The notes below the pieces were generated by a model that worked only from the letters and a program-made list of their open reading frames with translations, had not been told where the DNA came from and searched no databases. Below are positions 9,086 through 19,887 of a stretch of 64,000 nt of DNA, in pieces. Within the stretch, counting starts at the first letter, position 1. Every line of letters starts with the position of its first letter. A program made the translations under genes and the position numbers. The DNA is from Myxococcota bacterium (GTDB taxonomy: Bacteria > Myxococcota_A > UBA9160 > JAFDDA01). The stretch covers positions 3,392,001 to 3,456,000 of the forward strand of contig OZ245817.1 in NCBI GenBank assembly GCA_965228475.1, read 5' to 3'.

Positions 9086-10351
9086 CTAGGAGCGCTCGGG
9101 CAGTGCGATCGAGGGGAAGACCCGCGAGTAGTAGAGGTAGACCAGGCCGAACGCGCCCACGAAGCCCAGGGCCACGCCGATCTGGATCGCCCCGAACCAC
9201 GAACCGCCCTGCCCCGGCGCCAGCGAGGGCCAGACCAGCACGTTCTGGAGCAGCCACTGTCCGAAGAGCAGGATCGCCGCCACGGTGCCGAGGATCTGCG
9301 GGGTCTTCTTCGCGGCCTGACCGAGCAGCACGACGAAGGGAATGATCCAGCAGCAGGCCCAGGTGGCGAGGCTCAGCTTCACGTAGGGCTCGGAGATCCG
9401 GTCCCAGACGAAGTAGCGCGTGTCCTGGAGGAACTGCGAACCGAGGCGGTCCTTCAGGAAGAACGTCTCCTCGGGCATGTTGCCGTACCAGATCACCAGG
9501 TACTGGGCGAAGAACAGGTACATCCAGAAGATCGAGAAGGCGAAGATCATCTTCCCGAGGTCGTGCAGCCGATCCTTCGTGACCGCCCCTTCGAACCCCG
9601 GCGAGTTGCGCACCAGCACCGTGATGAGCGTCGTCGCACAGACCGCGGAGAGGAACCCGCCCCAGGACCACCAGGCCGGGAACAGGTTCGAGAACCACGT
9701 CGGGGACAGCGACATGACCTGGTCGATGCCGATGAAGGAGTAGCCGAAGGCGAACAGGAGGCAGACGATCGGCGCGAGCACCCGCAGGCGGTCGGCGGTG
9801 GCGGCCTGCTCTTCCTCGTCGCCGCGCCAGCCGGAGGTCCAGCTCGCGAACATCCCGCCCCGGCTCTCGGCGCTCTTCAGCACCGGGCGGAGCGAGCTGC
9901 GCAGGAAGATCATGGTCACGATCGTCATCACCGCGAGGATCGCGAGGTCCATCACGTAGAGACGCCCGATGCTCAGGTAGGCCGCCTTCGCGGGCGGCGG
10001 ACCGTCGATCCAGGTCGTGTAGATGTGCTCCCGGCCGAAGAACTGCACGCAGGCGAGCACGAAGGTGATCGGCACCCAGGCCGCGAGGCCCTCGGCGATG
10101 CGGCGGATCGGCCCGGGCCAGCGGGCGCCCACGATCACGAAGATCGCGGCGATCACGAGGCCGCCCTGGGAGAGGCCGGCGAAGTACAGGAAGTTCACGT
10201 GGAAGGCGCGCCAGGCGGTCTCCGCGTCGCTCGCGAGGCCGCCGAGGAAGGCGAGAACGCCCACGGCCGCCAGGCCGGCGAAGACCATCGTGAGCGGCTG
10301 CGGCAGGTCCCGCGGCTGGGCCTGCTCGAGGGTGGGTGCATGCGCGCTCAC
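9086..10351 (-). CDS. actF: Alternative complex III subunit F (NrfD-like membrane protein)
   Basis: IRRIAE, MSLSPTWFS, LHDLGK, QYLVIWYGNMPEE; position in operon; GTG start overlaps actE stop. Confidence 0.85.
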   Translation of the reverse strand: MSAHAPTLEQAQPRDLPQPLTMVFAGLAAVGVLAFLGGLASDAETAWRAFHVNFLYFAGLSQGGLVIAAIFVIVGARWPGPIRRIAEGLAAWVPITFVLACVQFFGREHIYTTWIDGPPPAKAAYLSIGRLYVMDLAILAVMTIVTMIFLRSSLRPVLKSAESRGGMFASWTSGWRGDEEEQAATADRLRVLAPIVCLLFAFGYSFIGIDQVMSLSPTWFSNLFPAWWSWGGFLSAVCATTLITVLVRNSPGFEGAVTKDRLHDLGKMIFAFSIFWMYLFFAQYLVIWYGNMPEETFFLKDRLGSQFLQDTRYFVWDRISEPYVKLSLATWACCWIIPFVVLLGQAAKKTPQILGTVAAILLFGQWLLQNVLVWPSLAPGQGGSWFGAIQIGVALGFVGAFGLVYLYYSRVFPSIALPERS

Positions 10352-10935
10352 AGCTGGCCTCCCATGGCATCGAGGAACCGCACGTAGTTCACGATGTCCC
10401 AGCGGTCCTGCTCGGGGATGCGGCCGTAGCCGGGCATTCGCAGGCCGGGCTGACCGCCGCCCCCGATGCGGATCACGTTGTAGATGTACCCGTCGCTGCG
10501 GCCGGTGGTGAGGCCGACGAGCGGGAAGACGCCGGCGAAGGGGCCGGCCTTGGCGCCGGCGAGGCTCACCGGGCCGTCGCCCATGCCGCCCGCGCCGTGG
10601 CAGGTCGCGCAGTAGATGTCGTACTGAACGCGGCCGTTCTCGAGGGAGCGGTAGTCCTTCGGATCGCGCGGGTTCACCAGGGCATCGGCGGCCGCGAGAT
10701 CCATGCGGGCGACGTCCTTCTGGCGGCCGCTGACCGGGACGGTGCCCTCGGCCGGGGCGAAGCCCACGACCTGGCCCTCGTGCTCGACGGACTCGAAGGC
10801 CTGCACGGCCTTCTGCCACTTCATCTGCGGGAACCAGTCCTCGCTCCACTGCTCCCAGCAGCCGGTGGTCGTCACGAGGATGAAGACCGTCGCGACGATG
10901 CCGCGCAGGGGGGTGCCGAGACTACGCATCGACAA
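10348..10935 (-). CDS. actE: Alternative complex III subunit E (monoheme cytochrome c lipoprotein)
   Basis: Lipobox TTGC, PAEGTVP, YDIYCATCHG, distal MPGY, RWDIVNYVR. Confidence 0.88.
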   Translation of the reverse strand: MSMRSLGTPLRGIVATVFILVTTTGCWEQWSEDWFPQMKWQKAVQAFESVEHEGQVVGFAPAEGTVPVSGRQKDVARMDLAAADALVNPRDPKDYRSLENGRVQYDIYCATCHGAGGMGDGPVSLAGAKAGPFAGVFPLVGLTTGRSDGYIYNVIRIGGGGQPGLRMPGYGRIPEQDRWDIVNYVRFLDAMGGQL

Positions 10936-11434
10936 GGGTCACCTCCTTCGCGGAGTGGGCGCGTAGGAGCGAATCGACCTCGGCGACGTCGCGATCCCCG
11001 CAGCCGACGACGAGCCCGAACTCCTCGGCGGAGAAGCGCGCGTCGTAGCCCGGATCGTGGGTGCCGGGGGTGCCCTTGGGCAGGCCGCCGACGATGAACA
11101 GGCCGAGCGCCGTCAGGAGGCCGCCGAAGAGGATGGTCAGCTCGAAGGCGATGATGATGTAGGGCGGGATCGAGGAGAAGGGCTTGCCGCCGACGATGAT
11201 CTGCCAGTCGTTCGACATCCAGATCGTGAGCAGGAAGCCCGTGAACGCGCCGAGCAGGCCGCCGATCAGGGTGAACACCCGAACGCCCGACGGCTTCTCC
11301 TTGATCGCGTCGTCGATCTCCGCGAACGGCGCCGGCGAGAAGACTTCGAGCTCGCCGAAGCCGCGGTGCCGGAGCTTGGTCGCGACGTCGGCGACGTCAC
11401 CGGGTGCGTCGAATACGCCGAGGACGGTCGGCAT
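10922..11434 (-). CDS. actD: Alternative complex III subunit D (DUF3341-like)
   Basis: FSPAP, two TM helices, IVGGKP, FELTIL. Confidence 0.88.
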   Translation of the reverse strand: MPTVLGVFDAPGDVADVATKLRHRGFGELEVFSPAPFAEIDDAIKEKPSGVRVFTLIGGLLGAFTGFLLTIWMSNDWQIIVGGKPFSSIPPYIIIAFELTILFGGLLTALGLFIVGGLPKGTPGTHDPGYDARFSAEEFGLVVGCGDRDVAEVDSLLRAHSAKEVTLVDA

Positions 11435-12789
11435 CAGTGCGCCCCCCCGTGGGTCTTTTCGTGAATCTCGAGCTCCTTCACCTCGGCGATGGCGATCACC
11501 GGGAAGAGCTTGATGAAGAGCAGGAAGGCGAAGCCGAAGAGGCCGAAGCTGCCTGCCAGGACGATCAGCTCGGGGATGCTGGGCGTGTAGATGCCCCAGA
11601 CGCTCGGCACGTATTCCCGCGAGAGGCTCGTGATGATGATGACGTACCGCTCGAACCACATGCCGATGTTCACGAACACGCTCACCACGAACAGGATCGG
11701 GATGCTCTGTCTCGCCCACTTGAACCAGAAGATTTGTGGGATCAAGACGTTCGGGATGATCATGCTCCATGTACTGAGCCAGTAGGGCCCGAAGGCGCGC
11801 AGCCAGAAGGAACTCTGCTCCGCCTCGACGCCGGAGTACCAGGCGATGAAGTACTCCATCCCGTAGCTGTACCCGACGATCAGCGACGTCAGCAGGATGA
11901 AGCGGGCCATCATGTCGAAGTGGTAGAGCGTGAGGTAGCGCTCGAGGCCGTAGATCCGGCGGACCGGGATCAGCACCGTCAGCACCATCGCGAAGCCCGA
12001 GAAGATGGCGCCGGCGACGAAGTACGGAGCGAAGATCGTCGCGTGCCAGCCGGGCACGATGGACATGGCGAAGTCCCAGGAAACCACCGAGTGCACCGAG
12101 AGCACGAGGGGCGTGGCGAGACCCGAGAGGTGGAGCGTGGTGCGGCTGTGCGCCTTCCACTGCTGCGCCGTGCCCTGCCAGCCGAGGGCCAGCATCGTGT
12201 AGAGGGGCTTTCGCCAGCCGGTGGCGCGGTCCCGCGCGATCGCGAGGTCCGGGATCATGCCGACGAAGAGGAACACCGCGGAGATCGTCCCGTAGGTCGA
12301 GATCGCGAAGGTGTCCCACATGAGCGGGCTCTTGAAGTTCACCCAGAGCCCGCGCTGATTCGGATACGGCAGGATGAAGTAGGACTTCCAGACGCGGCCG
12401 ACGTGGATGCCGAGGAACTGCATCGCCGTGATGACCGCGATCACCGTCATCGCTTCCGCGCTGCGGTTGATGGCGTTGCGCCACTTCGCGCGGAAGAGGT
12501 AGAGGATCGCCGAAATCAGCGTTCCGGCGTGGGCGATGCCGACCCAGAACACGAAGGTGACGATGTAGACGCCCCAGAAGATCGGCTGGGTGTAGCCCGC
12601 GATCCCGAGGCCCTTGTAGACCTGGTAGAAGACCGTCACGACCGCGGCGTTCAACACCAGGAACGTGATCGCCACGAGAGCCACCCACCCGAGAGTGGTG
12701 TTCTCCATCACGCGCAGGATGTCGCGGTTCGCGCGGCTGTCGCTGCTGGCGGGCGGGCTTGCGGAAGTCGTCATGTCGGCGGCAGCCAT
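11434..12789 (-). CDS. actC: Alternative complex III subunit C (NrfD/PsrC quinol-binding)
   Basis: FVFWVGIAHAGTLISAIL, RSAEAMT, NFKSPLMWD, PLVLSVHSVVSWDF, GMWFER. Confidence 0.92.
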   Translation of the reverse strand: MAAADMTTSASPPASSDSRANRDILRVMENTTLGWVALVAITFLVLNAAVVTVFYQVYKGLGIAGYTQPIFWGVYIVTFVFWVGIAHAGTLISAILYLFRAKWRNAINRSAEAMTVIAVITAMQFLGIHVGRVWKSYFILPYPNQRGLWVNFKSPLMWDTFAISTYGTISAVFLFVGMIPDLAIARDRATGWRKPLYTMLALGWQGTAQQWKAHSRTTLHLSGLATPLVLSVHSVVSWDFAMSIVPGWHATIFAPYFVAGAIFSGFAMVLTVLIPVRRIYGLERYLTLYHFDMMARFILLTSLIVGYSYGMEYFIAWYSGVEAEQSSFWLRAFGPYWLSTWSMIIPNVLIPQIFWFKWARQSIPILFVVSVFVNIGMWFERYVIIITSLSREYVPSVWGIYTPSIPELIVLAGSFGLFGFAFLLFIKLFPVIAIAEVKELEIHEKTHGGAH

Positions 12790-12792
12790 CGG

Positions 12793-15700
12793 TTAACCCT
12801 CGACCTTTCCGCGATCGACCTGCGCCAGGTAGGTGACGGCGGGCCGGGTGTTGAGCTGGTGCAGCGAGATGTAGCCGCGCACCGGGTCGTCCCCGAGCTT
12901 GGAAACCTCACTGCTGGGGTCCTTCAGGTTGCCGAAGGCGATGGCGCCGGAGCCGCAGGCCTGCTGGCACGCGGTCTGGACTTCGCCGTCGGCGATCAGC
13001 CGGCCCTCGTCCTTCGCTCCCTGGCGGGCATCCTGGATGCGCTGCACGCAGAACGTGCACTTCTCCATGACGCCCTGGCCGCGGACGGTGACGTCCGGGT
13101 TCAGCATCAGGGGCATCGGATCCGGCCAGGTCTCGATCTGGTAGTCGTAGTAGTTGAAGCGGCGGACCTTGTAAGAGCAGTTGTTGGCGCAATACCGCGT
13201 GCCGATGCAGCGGTTGTACACCATGCCGTTCAGGCCCTCTTCGTTGTGGTACGTCGCGAAGACCGGGCAGACGGGCTCGCAGGGCGCCGCACCACACTGC
13301 TGGCAGAGCATCGGTGAGTGGCGCACGTCGCTTTCGCCGAGCACCTCGTTGCTCTTGATCGAGGGGCGGCCGGCCACGAGAGTGGGCTCGCCGTCGCCGA
13401 TGTAGCGCTCGATGCGAATCCAGGGCATCTCGCGTCCGAGTGCCGTCTGGCGCTCGCCGACGATCGGAATGTTGTTCTCGATGAAGCAGGCCGTGACGCA
13501 GTCACTGCAGCCGGTGCAGCGATCGAGATCGACGGTCATTCCCCAGCGATAGTCTTCGCTCTCCGAGTCGTTCGCCGGGTCGAAGGGGGCGTAGAGATGC
13601 GGGTCGGGCTTCTCGCCTCCTGCGCCGGCACCGCCGCGGAAGACGCCGTCGGCATCGGCCGCATGCTCGTCGTGGTGGCCGTCGGAGGCCGGCCCGTGAT
13701 CGTCCGGGTAGGCGGCGCCCTTCTCTCCGGAAGCGAGGGCGACGAGCGAGATCTGCTGACCCAGCAGCCGGCCGCGCTTGTTGTCGTTGGTCTGCCACAT
13801 CGGCATCTTGCGGAAGCCGCCGGTCGCGCTGACCTTGGCTCGCACCGTCAGGTAGGCAGGCCCACCGTTCTCGTCGGCGCGCGCGGGAAGCAGATCGAGC
13901 ACGTTCACGCCGCGGGCTTCGCCGTCCTGGCCGTCCATCGCGGCCGAGGCGTACCAGCCGACGGTCTGGCCTCGGCCCATCGCGATGGCCACGACGTCCT
14001 TGCGAACGCCGCCGCGCGGGACGACGGGAACCTCCACACGGCCAGCCGGCGTCTCGACGGCGACGACGTCGCCGTGTTCGACGCCGAGCTTCTCGGCCGT
14101 CTCGTTGTGGATCTCCGCCCAGGAGATCCAAGCGACCTTGGTGACCGGGTCTGCGACTTCCTGCAGCCAGGGCAGGTTCGCGCCGCGCCCATCCCCCAGT
14201 AGCGGGTGCGGGTGCGCGAAGAGCACGAGCTCGCCGTCGCCTTCGAGGGGCGGCTCGCCCGCCTCGAGGCTGCCGGCGCCTGCGGCGAGGGGGCGGCCTC
14301 CGCCGTTGCCCGCGTCCGTGAAGACGCCACCCGCCTGGAGGGCGGCGTGGAAGTCGGTATCGGCCCAGGCTTCGGCGAGAACTTCGCGGAACGAGCCGGC
14401 CGGGAGCGAAGCGCCGAGCGTGCGGCCCGTCTCGAGCAGCACGTCCTCGAGAGCCTTCGTGTCGTAGATCGGCGCCACGGCAGGCTGCACCACCGAGCGA
14501 ACGCCGTCGCGCGGAGCGCGGTCGCCCCAGCTCTCGAGGGGCGAGTGGTCGGGCAGCACGAGGTTCGCCGCCGCCGAGGTCTCGTCCGCCATGGAGGCGA
14601 AGGACACGACGAAGGGCACCTTCGCGAGCGCGTTCTGGAAGCCGAGCTCGGCCGGGAGGCCGTGCAGCGGGTTGGCGTCGTGCACCAGGAGGACCGAGAC
14701 GCGGCCGGCCTTCATGGCGTCGATCAGGGTCGAAAGTTCCCGGTGGCTCGCCGCGGCGCCCGCATCGGCCGGGACGTGCATCGTCTTGCCCTGGGCCCCG
14801 GCGACGTGGTTCAGCAGCAGCACGGCAGCGGAGTTCGCGACCGCGCGACGGGTGGCGAGACCGACCCCGGGCGGAAGCGCCGCAGGCGCCTTCGCCTTGG
14901 CCACGGCGCGGCCGAGCCGGATGATCGTCTGCGCGTCCACGCCGGTCTTCTCGGCGGCGCTCTGGGCGTCGTACTTGGCGAGCGCCGTCAGCGCTTCGCC
15001 GCCCGCACCGGCCTCGACCGCCGCGCGCGCGATGGCGAGGGCCAGGATGCCCTCGGTGCCGGGCCTGGCCGGGATCCACTCGTCGGCGTTCGAGCCGGTC
15101 TGCGAAAGCCGCGGACCGACGTAGACGAAGCGGGCACCGCCGTCGCCGTGCTCGCGCACCGAGCGCGCTTCCGCGAGCTGGCGGCTGTGCTCGACGCTCG
15201 AGCCCTGCTCGAGGAAGTCGCTGCCGAAGTCGATGACCAGGTCGGCCTGGGAGAGGTCGAAGCGCGGCGCGCTCGCGACGCCGAAGACCTGGCGCGTCGC
15301 CGCGCGCAGGGCCTCGCCACCGGCCGGATCGTAGAGAACGCGGCCGCCAGCGCCGGTGCCGGAGACGAATCCGTCGACGACCGAATCCGCGGTCGGTCCG
15401 CGGGAGCGGCCGAGCACGTACACGCCGGCCGGGTTCGCGCGCACCTTCTCGGCGAGCGTCGCGAGACCCTTCTCCCAGGTGATGACCTCGCCGTCCATCT
15501 GCGGCGCCTTGTATCGGTCCGGGCTGTAGGTCCGGCCGATCGAGGCCTGGCCGCGCGAGCACAGTGCGCCCTCGTTGACCGGATGCTCCGGGTTGCCCTC
15601 GAGCTTGATCGGACGGCCTTCGCGCGTCTTCACGTGCAGGCCGCAGGCGGCCTCACACTCGGTACACGTCGAGGCGTAGTAGAGCGGAACGCCCGGCGTG

Positions 15701-15834
15701 ATCTCCTCCGGCTGCACGACGTAGGGGATCAGCTTCTGGGGGATCTCCGAGTAGCGGTAGCAACCCGTCGCGACGGCCCCCGCCGCAGCGGAGCCAGTCA
15801 CCTTCAGAAAGCTTCGTCGATTCAAGTCCGGCAT
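12793..15834 (-). CDS. actB: Alternative complex III subunit B (molybdopterin-oxidoreductase-like domain fused to 4Fe-4S domain)
   Basis: Tat motif RRSFLK plus lipobox ATGC; EGRPIKLEGNPEHP; CTGCSDCVTAC, CQQC..PCEPVCP, CIGTRYCANNC, EKCTFC. Confidence 0.92.
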   Translation of the reverse strand: MPDLNRRSFLKVTGSAAAGAVATGCYRYSEIPQKLIPYVVQPEEITPGVPLYYASTCTECEAACGLHVKTREGRPIKLEGNPEHPVNEGALCSRGQASIGRTYSPDRYKAPQMDGEVITWEKGLATLAEKVRANPAGVYVLGRSRGPTADSVVDGFVSGTGAGGRVLYDPAGGEALRAATRQVFGVASAPRFDLSQADLVIDFGSDFLEQGSSVEHSRQLAEARSVREHGDGGARFVYVGPRLSQTGSNADEWIPARPGTEGILALAIARAAVEAGAGGEALTALAKYDAQSAAEKTGVDAQTIIRLGRAVAKAKAPAALPPGVGLATRRAVANSAAVLLLNHVAGAQGKTMHVPADAGAAASHRELSTLIDAMKAGRVSVLLVHDANPLHGLPAELGFQNALAKVPFVVSFASMADETSAAANLVLPDHSPLESWGDRAPRDGVRSVVQPAVAPIYDTKALEDVLLETGRTLGASLPAGSFREVLAEAWADTDFHAALQAGGVFTDAGNGGGRPLAAGAGSLEAGEPPLEGDGELVLFAHPHPLLGDGRGANLPWLQEVADPVTKVAWISWAEIHNETAEKLGVEHGDVVAVETPAGRVEVPVVPRGGVRKDVVAIAMGRGQTVGWYASAAMDGQDGEARGVNVLDLLPARADENGGPAYLTVRAKVSATGGFRKMPMWQTNDNKRGRLLGQQISLVALASGEKGAAYPDDHGPASDGHHDEHAADADGVFRGGAGAGGEKPDPHLYAPFDPANDSESEDYRWGMTVDLDRCTGCSDCVTACFIENNIPIVGERQTALGREMPWIRIERYIGDGEPTLVAGRPSIKSNEVLGESDVRHSPMLCQQCGAAPCEPVCPVFATYHNEEGLNGMVYNRCIGTRYCANNCSYKVRRFNYYDYQIETWPDPMPLMLNPDVTVRGQGVMEKCTFCVQRIQDARQGAKDEGRLIADGEVQTACQQACGSGAIAFGNLKDPSSEVSKLGDDPVRGYISLHQLNTRPAVTYLAQVDRGKVEG

Positions 15835-15849
15835 TGAGTCGTCCCGTGC

Positions 15850-16680
15850 CTAGTAGTGGCAGACGAGGCAGTCCTGGCTTGCCCCGTTCTGGCGATGGCA
15901 CTTGATGCACCAACCCATTTCGAGTTTCTGCGTCGGCAGTCCGTAGGCCCACCACTTCGTGTCGGGGACCATGCGCAGCTTGTGCGCCTCCTCGACCGGC
16001 TCGGCGGCCGAGCCGTGACAGGCGTTGCAGTCCAGGCCGGCCGAGATGTGGCGGTTGTGGCGGAACTGGACGTGCTCGGGAACGCGGTGGATCTGCTCCC
16101 ACTCGATGGGCTCCCGGTTCTTCCAGGCATCCTTCAGGATCTGGATGCCCTCGAGCTCGTCGTACTCGGCGGGGAAGTGCTCGTGGCAGCCCATGCAGAG
16201 CTCGACGGAGGGCATGCCCGCCACGGCGGAGCGGTCCGTGCCGCTGTGGCAGTAGAGGCAGTCGATCTCGAACTCACCGGCGTGGTGCGCGTGGCTGAAA
16301 GGGATGGGCTGCTTCGGGCCGTCCGCGTTCTCGTCCCAGGCGAGGTCGTGGGATTCGCAGGCGGACAGCGACGGGAACGGCCGATCGAACTCGGCCGGGA
16401 TCTCGATCTGGAGCGACGGGTTCTCCGCCTTCGCGGCCTTCAGGCGCTGGGCGTCACAGACGCTCTCGGCAACCTGAACTTCGCCGTGGGCCCCCGCGAA
16501 GGGGGCCGCCGTTCGGGATCGGTCGATTCCCGTCATGGCGGAGGCTTCGATGGCGTGGTCGTCGCCGACAGAATCGGCCTGGGCAGGCAAGATGGCGGAG
16601 CCGCCCCATGCCGACAGCGCAACGACCGCCACCCCAGAAAGAAGCACGAAGGCTCGTCCTGTAGAGCGATTGCGGCTCAT
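15850..16680 (-). CDS. actA: Alternative complex III subunit A (pentaheme cytochrome c3-like)
   Basis: Five CxxCH motifs (CLYCH, CMGCH, CNACH, CIKCH, CLVCH); PKQPIPFSH; LEMGWC; start uncertain (16680 or 16758). Confidence 0.88.
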   Translation of the reverse strand: MSRNRSTGRAFVLLSGVAVVALSAWGGSAILPAQADSVGDDHAIEASAMTGIDRSRTAAPFAGAHGEVQVAESVCDAQRLKAAKAENPSLQIEIPAEFDRPFPSLSACESHDLAWDENADGPKQPIPFSHAHHAGEFEIDCLYCHSGTDRSAVAGMPSVELCMGCHEHFPAEYDELEGIQILKDAWKNREPIEWEQIHRVPEHVQFRHNRHISAGLDCNACHGSAAEPVEEAHKLRMVPDTKWWAYGLPTQKLEMGWCIKCHRQNGASQDCLVCHY

Positions 16681-17031
16681 CCGGAGCGCCGGAATCCTTT
16701 CTAGAGCAACACTCGCGGCCGGATTCTTGGCGGGCGGGAGCGTCTCGGGTCGGTCCAAGGAGGCGCGGGACAGGGTGGCCGTCGACGTCCGGAGGAATCC
16801 GAACCTCGACGCTTCCCCGATAGCGCCGGCGGCGCATTAAGTAGGATGTTCGCCGCATGGCGTCAAGCGCGAGAAGGCGCAAATCCGACCATTTCCGGCG
16901 CGTTGCGGCGGAATCGACCGGTGCGGAGACGAACGCGGGTTGGCGTCGTCGGCTGTACGGAATGAGATGAAACGAACACCAATTTGGTTCCCTTTTCTTC
17001 GGCGATGACGCCGTGCGGCACCAAGGGAAGC

Positions 17032-17068
17032 TGATAACATGCGGCACCGATTCATGAATCAATGCCGC
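17032..17068 (+). promoter_or_regulatory. Extended -10 promoter (TGnTAACAT) followed by 28-bp palindromic operator
   Basis: GCGGCA-cc-GATTCATGAATC-aa-TGCCGC at 17041-17068 directly downstream of TGATAACAT. Confidence 0.55.
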
Positions 17069-17101
17069 GGGCCCCGCCCCGCCCACCTCGCAGGAGCCAG
17101 G

Positions 17102-17266
17102 GTGCCCGAGGTCAGGATCATCGACGCCGTTCGAACCCCTCGCGAAGCGGGAAACGTCCCCCAGGGAACGGACGGAACGGCGGTCCGACGCCCATCGAAC
17201 CCACCGCAACCGCGCCGACCCGGCGCTGCGGGCCACGCGCCCGCGGAACGAGGAAGCCCCGAATGA
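17102..17266 (+). pseudogene. Thiolase N-terminal remnant
   Basis: AGGAG RBS then (M)PEVRIIDAVRTPR, a typical thiolase N-terminus; similarity is lost after ~14 codons. Confidence 0.55.
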
Positions 17267-18342
17267 TCGACTTCTCCCCTTCCGAAGAACAGCAGCTCAT
17301 CATCGAGACCGTCCGGCAGTTCGCCGAGAACGAGATCCGCCCCCTCGCCCACGAGGCCGACGAGGCGAAGCGCGCTCCGGAGGCGATCCTCGCCGCGGCC
17401 CACGAGCTCGGCCTCGTCGCCAACGCCTTCCCGGAGGCCCACGGCGGCGGCGGCGAACGAAGCGCCGTGACGGGCGTGCTGATCACCGAGGAGCTCTGCG
17501 CGGGAGACGCCGGCATCGGGCTCGCCGTCCTGACGCCCTCGCTCTCGGGCTTCCCCGTGGCCGACCACGGCAGCGACGCCCAGAAGGGCGCCGTGCTCGG
17601 GAAGCTCACCGGCACGAGCTTCGTCCCGGGCTCCCTCGCCATCGTCGAGCCGCGCTTCGGTAGCGACGCCTTCCAGCCGAAGACGAACGCGAGCGCCGAC
17701 GGCGGCGACTACGTGCTGAACGGCGAGAAGTGCTTCGTGCCCTGGCTCGACGGCGGCGAGCACGTCGTCGTGGTGGCCGAGCTCGAGGGCGCCGCGCGCG
17801 CCTTCGTGGTCGAGCGCAGCGCAGCAGGCCTCTCGACCGAGCGCGAGCAGAACCTCGGCCTCCAGGCCCTCGAGACCGTGGAGCTCCGGCTCGACGGCGT
17901 CCGCGTCCCCGGCGATGCCCTGCTCGGCGAAGGCGCGGTGCGCGAGATCGTGACCCGCGGCCGGGTCGCCCTCGCGGCGGCGGCCGTCGGCGTCGCTCGG
18001 ACGGCCTTCGAGGTCTCCCGGGACTACGCGAAGGAACGCCACGCCTTCGGCGTGCCGATCGCGAGCAAGCAGGCCATCGCCTTCAAGCTCGCGGACATGT
18101 CGATCGAGATCGACGGCGCGCGGCTGCTCGCCTGGGAAGCCGCCTACCGGCTCGACCAGGGCGCCGACGGCCTGCGCGAAGCCACCCTGGCCCTGCAGCA
18201 GGCTTCCCGCATCGCCCTCCAGGTGGCCGACGGCGCCGTCCAGGTGCTCGGCGGACACGGCTACATCCGCGATTACCTTCCCGAGATGCATCTTCGCAAC
18301 GCCCGCGGCTTCAGCACGTTCGAAGCCCTGGCCCTGGTCTAG
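17263..18342 (+). CDS. Acyl-CoA dehydrogenase (FadE24-like)
   Basis: LNGEKCFV, RHAFGVPIASKQAIAFKLADM, VQVLGGHGY; short C-terminus. Confidence 0.9.
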   Translation: MIDFSPSEEQQLIIETVRQFAENEIRPLAHEADEAKRAPEAILAAAHELGLVANAFPEAHGGGGERSAVTGVLITEELCAGDAGIGLAVLTPSLSGFPVADHGSDAQKGAVLGKLTGTSFVPGSLAIVEPRFGSDAFQPKTNASADGGDYVLNGEKCFVPWLDGGEHVVVVAELEGAARAFVVERSAAGLSTEREQNLGLQALETVELRLDGVRVPGDALLGEGAVREIVTRGRVALAAAAVGVARTAFEVSRDYAKERHAFGVPIASKQAIAFKLADMSIEIDGARLLAWEAAYRLDQGADGLREATLALQQASRIALQVADGAVQVLGGHGYIRDYLPEMHLRNARGFSTFEALALV

Positions 18343-18351
18343 GAGAATCCC

Positions 18352-19584
<1,233 letters not shown>

Positions 19585-19592
19585 GAGGCGCC

Positions 19593-19844
19593 ATGAGCTC
19601 CGTCAGTCAGGAACTTCTCGACATCCTCGTCTGCCCCGAGACCAAGCAGCCCGTCGCGCCCGCCGACGAGCAGACGCTGGCTTCCGTCAACGAGAAGATC
19701 CGTGCGGGCGAGCTGCGCAACCGCGGGGGCAACCCCGTCGAGCACGAACTCGCCGAGGCGCTCCTGCGCGAAGACCGCAAGGCGCTCTACCCCGTCGACG
19801 ACGGGATCCCGGTCATGCTGATCGACGAGTCCATCGAGCTCTAG
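19593..19844 (+). CDS. Trm112/YcaR family protein
   Basis: LLDILVCPETK ... YPVDDGIPVML; GGAGG RBS. Confidence 0.85.
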   Translation: MSSVSQELLDILVCPETKQPVAPADEQTLASVNEKIRAGELRNRGGNPVEHELAEALLREDRKALYPVDDGIPVMLIDESIEL

Positions 19845-19887
19845 CCGGACCAGCACGCCAGGCAGGAACGTCCCCGGGTCTGACGAG

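Noticed and set aside
12793..15834. ActB as an active molybdoenzyme, or the operon as Qrc/polysulfide reductase
   Set aside because: Fusion to the Fe-S domain and the presence of actD/E/F identify ACIII, whose B subunit is established to lack Mo cofactor
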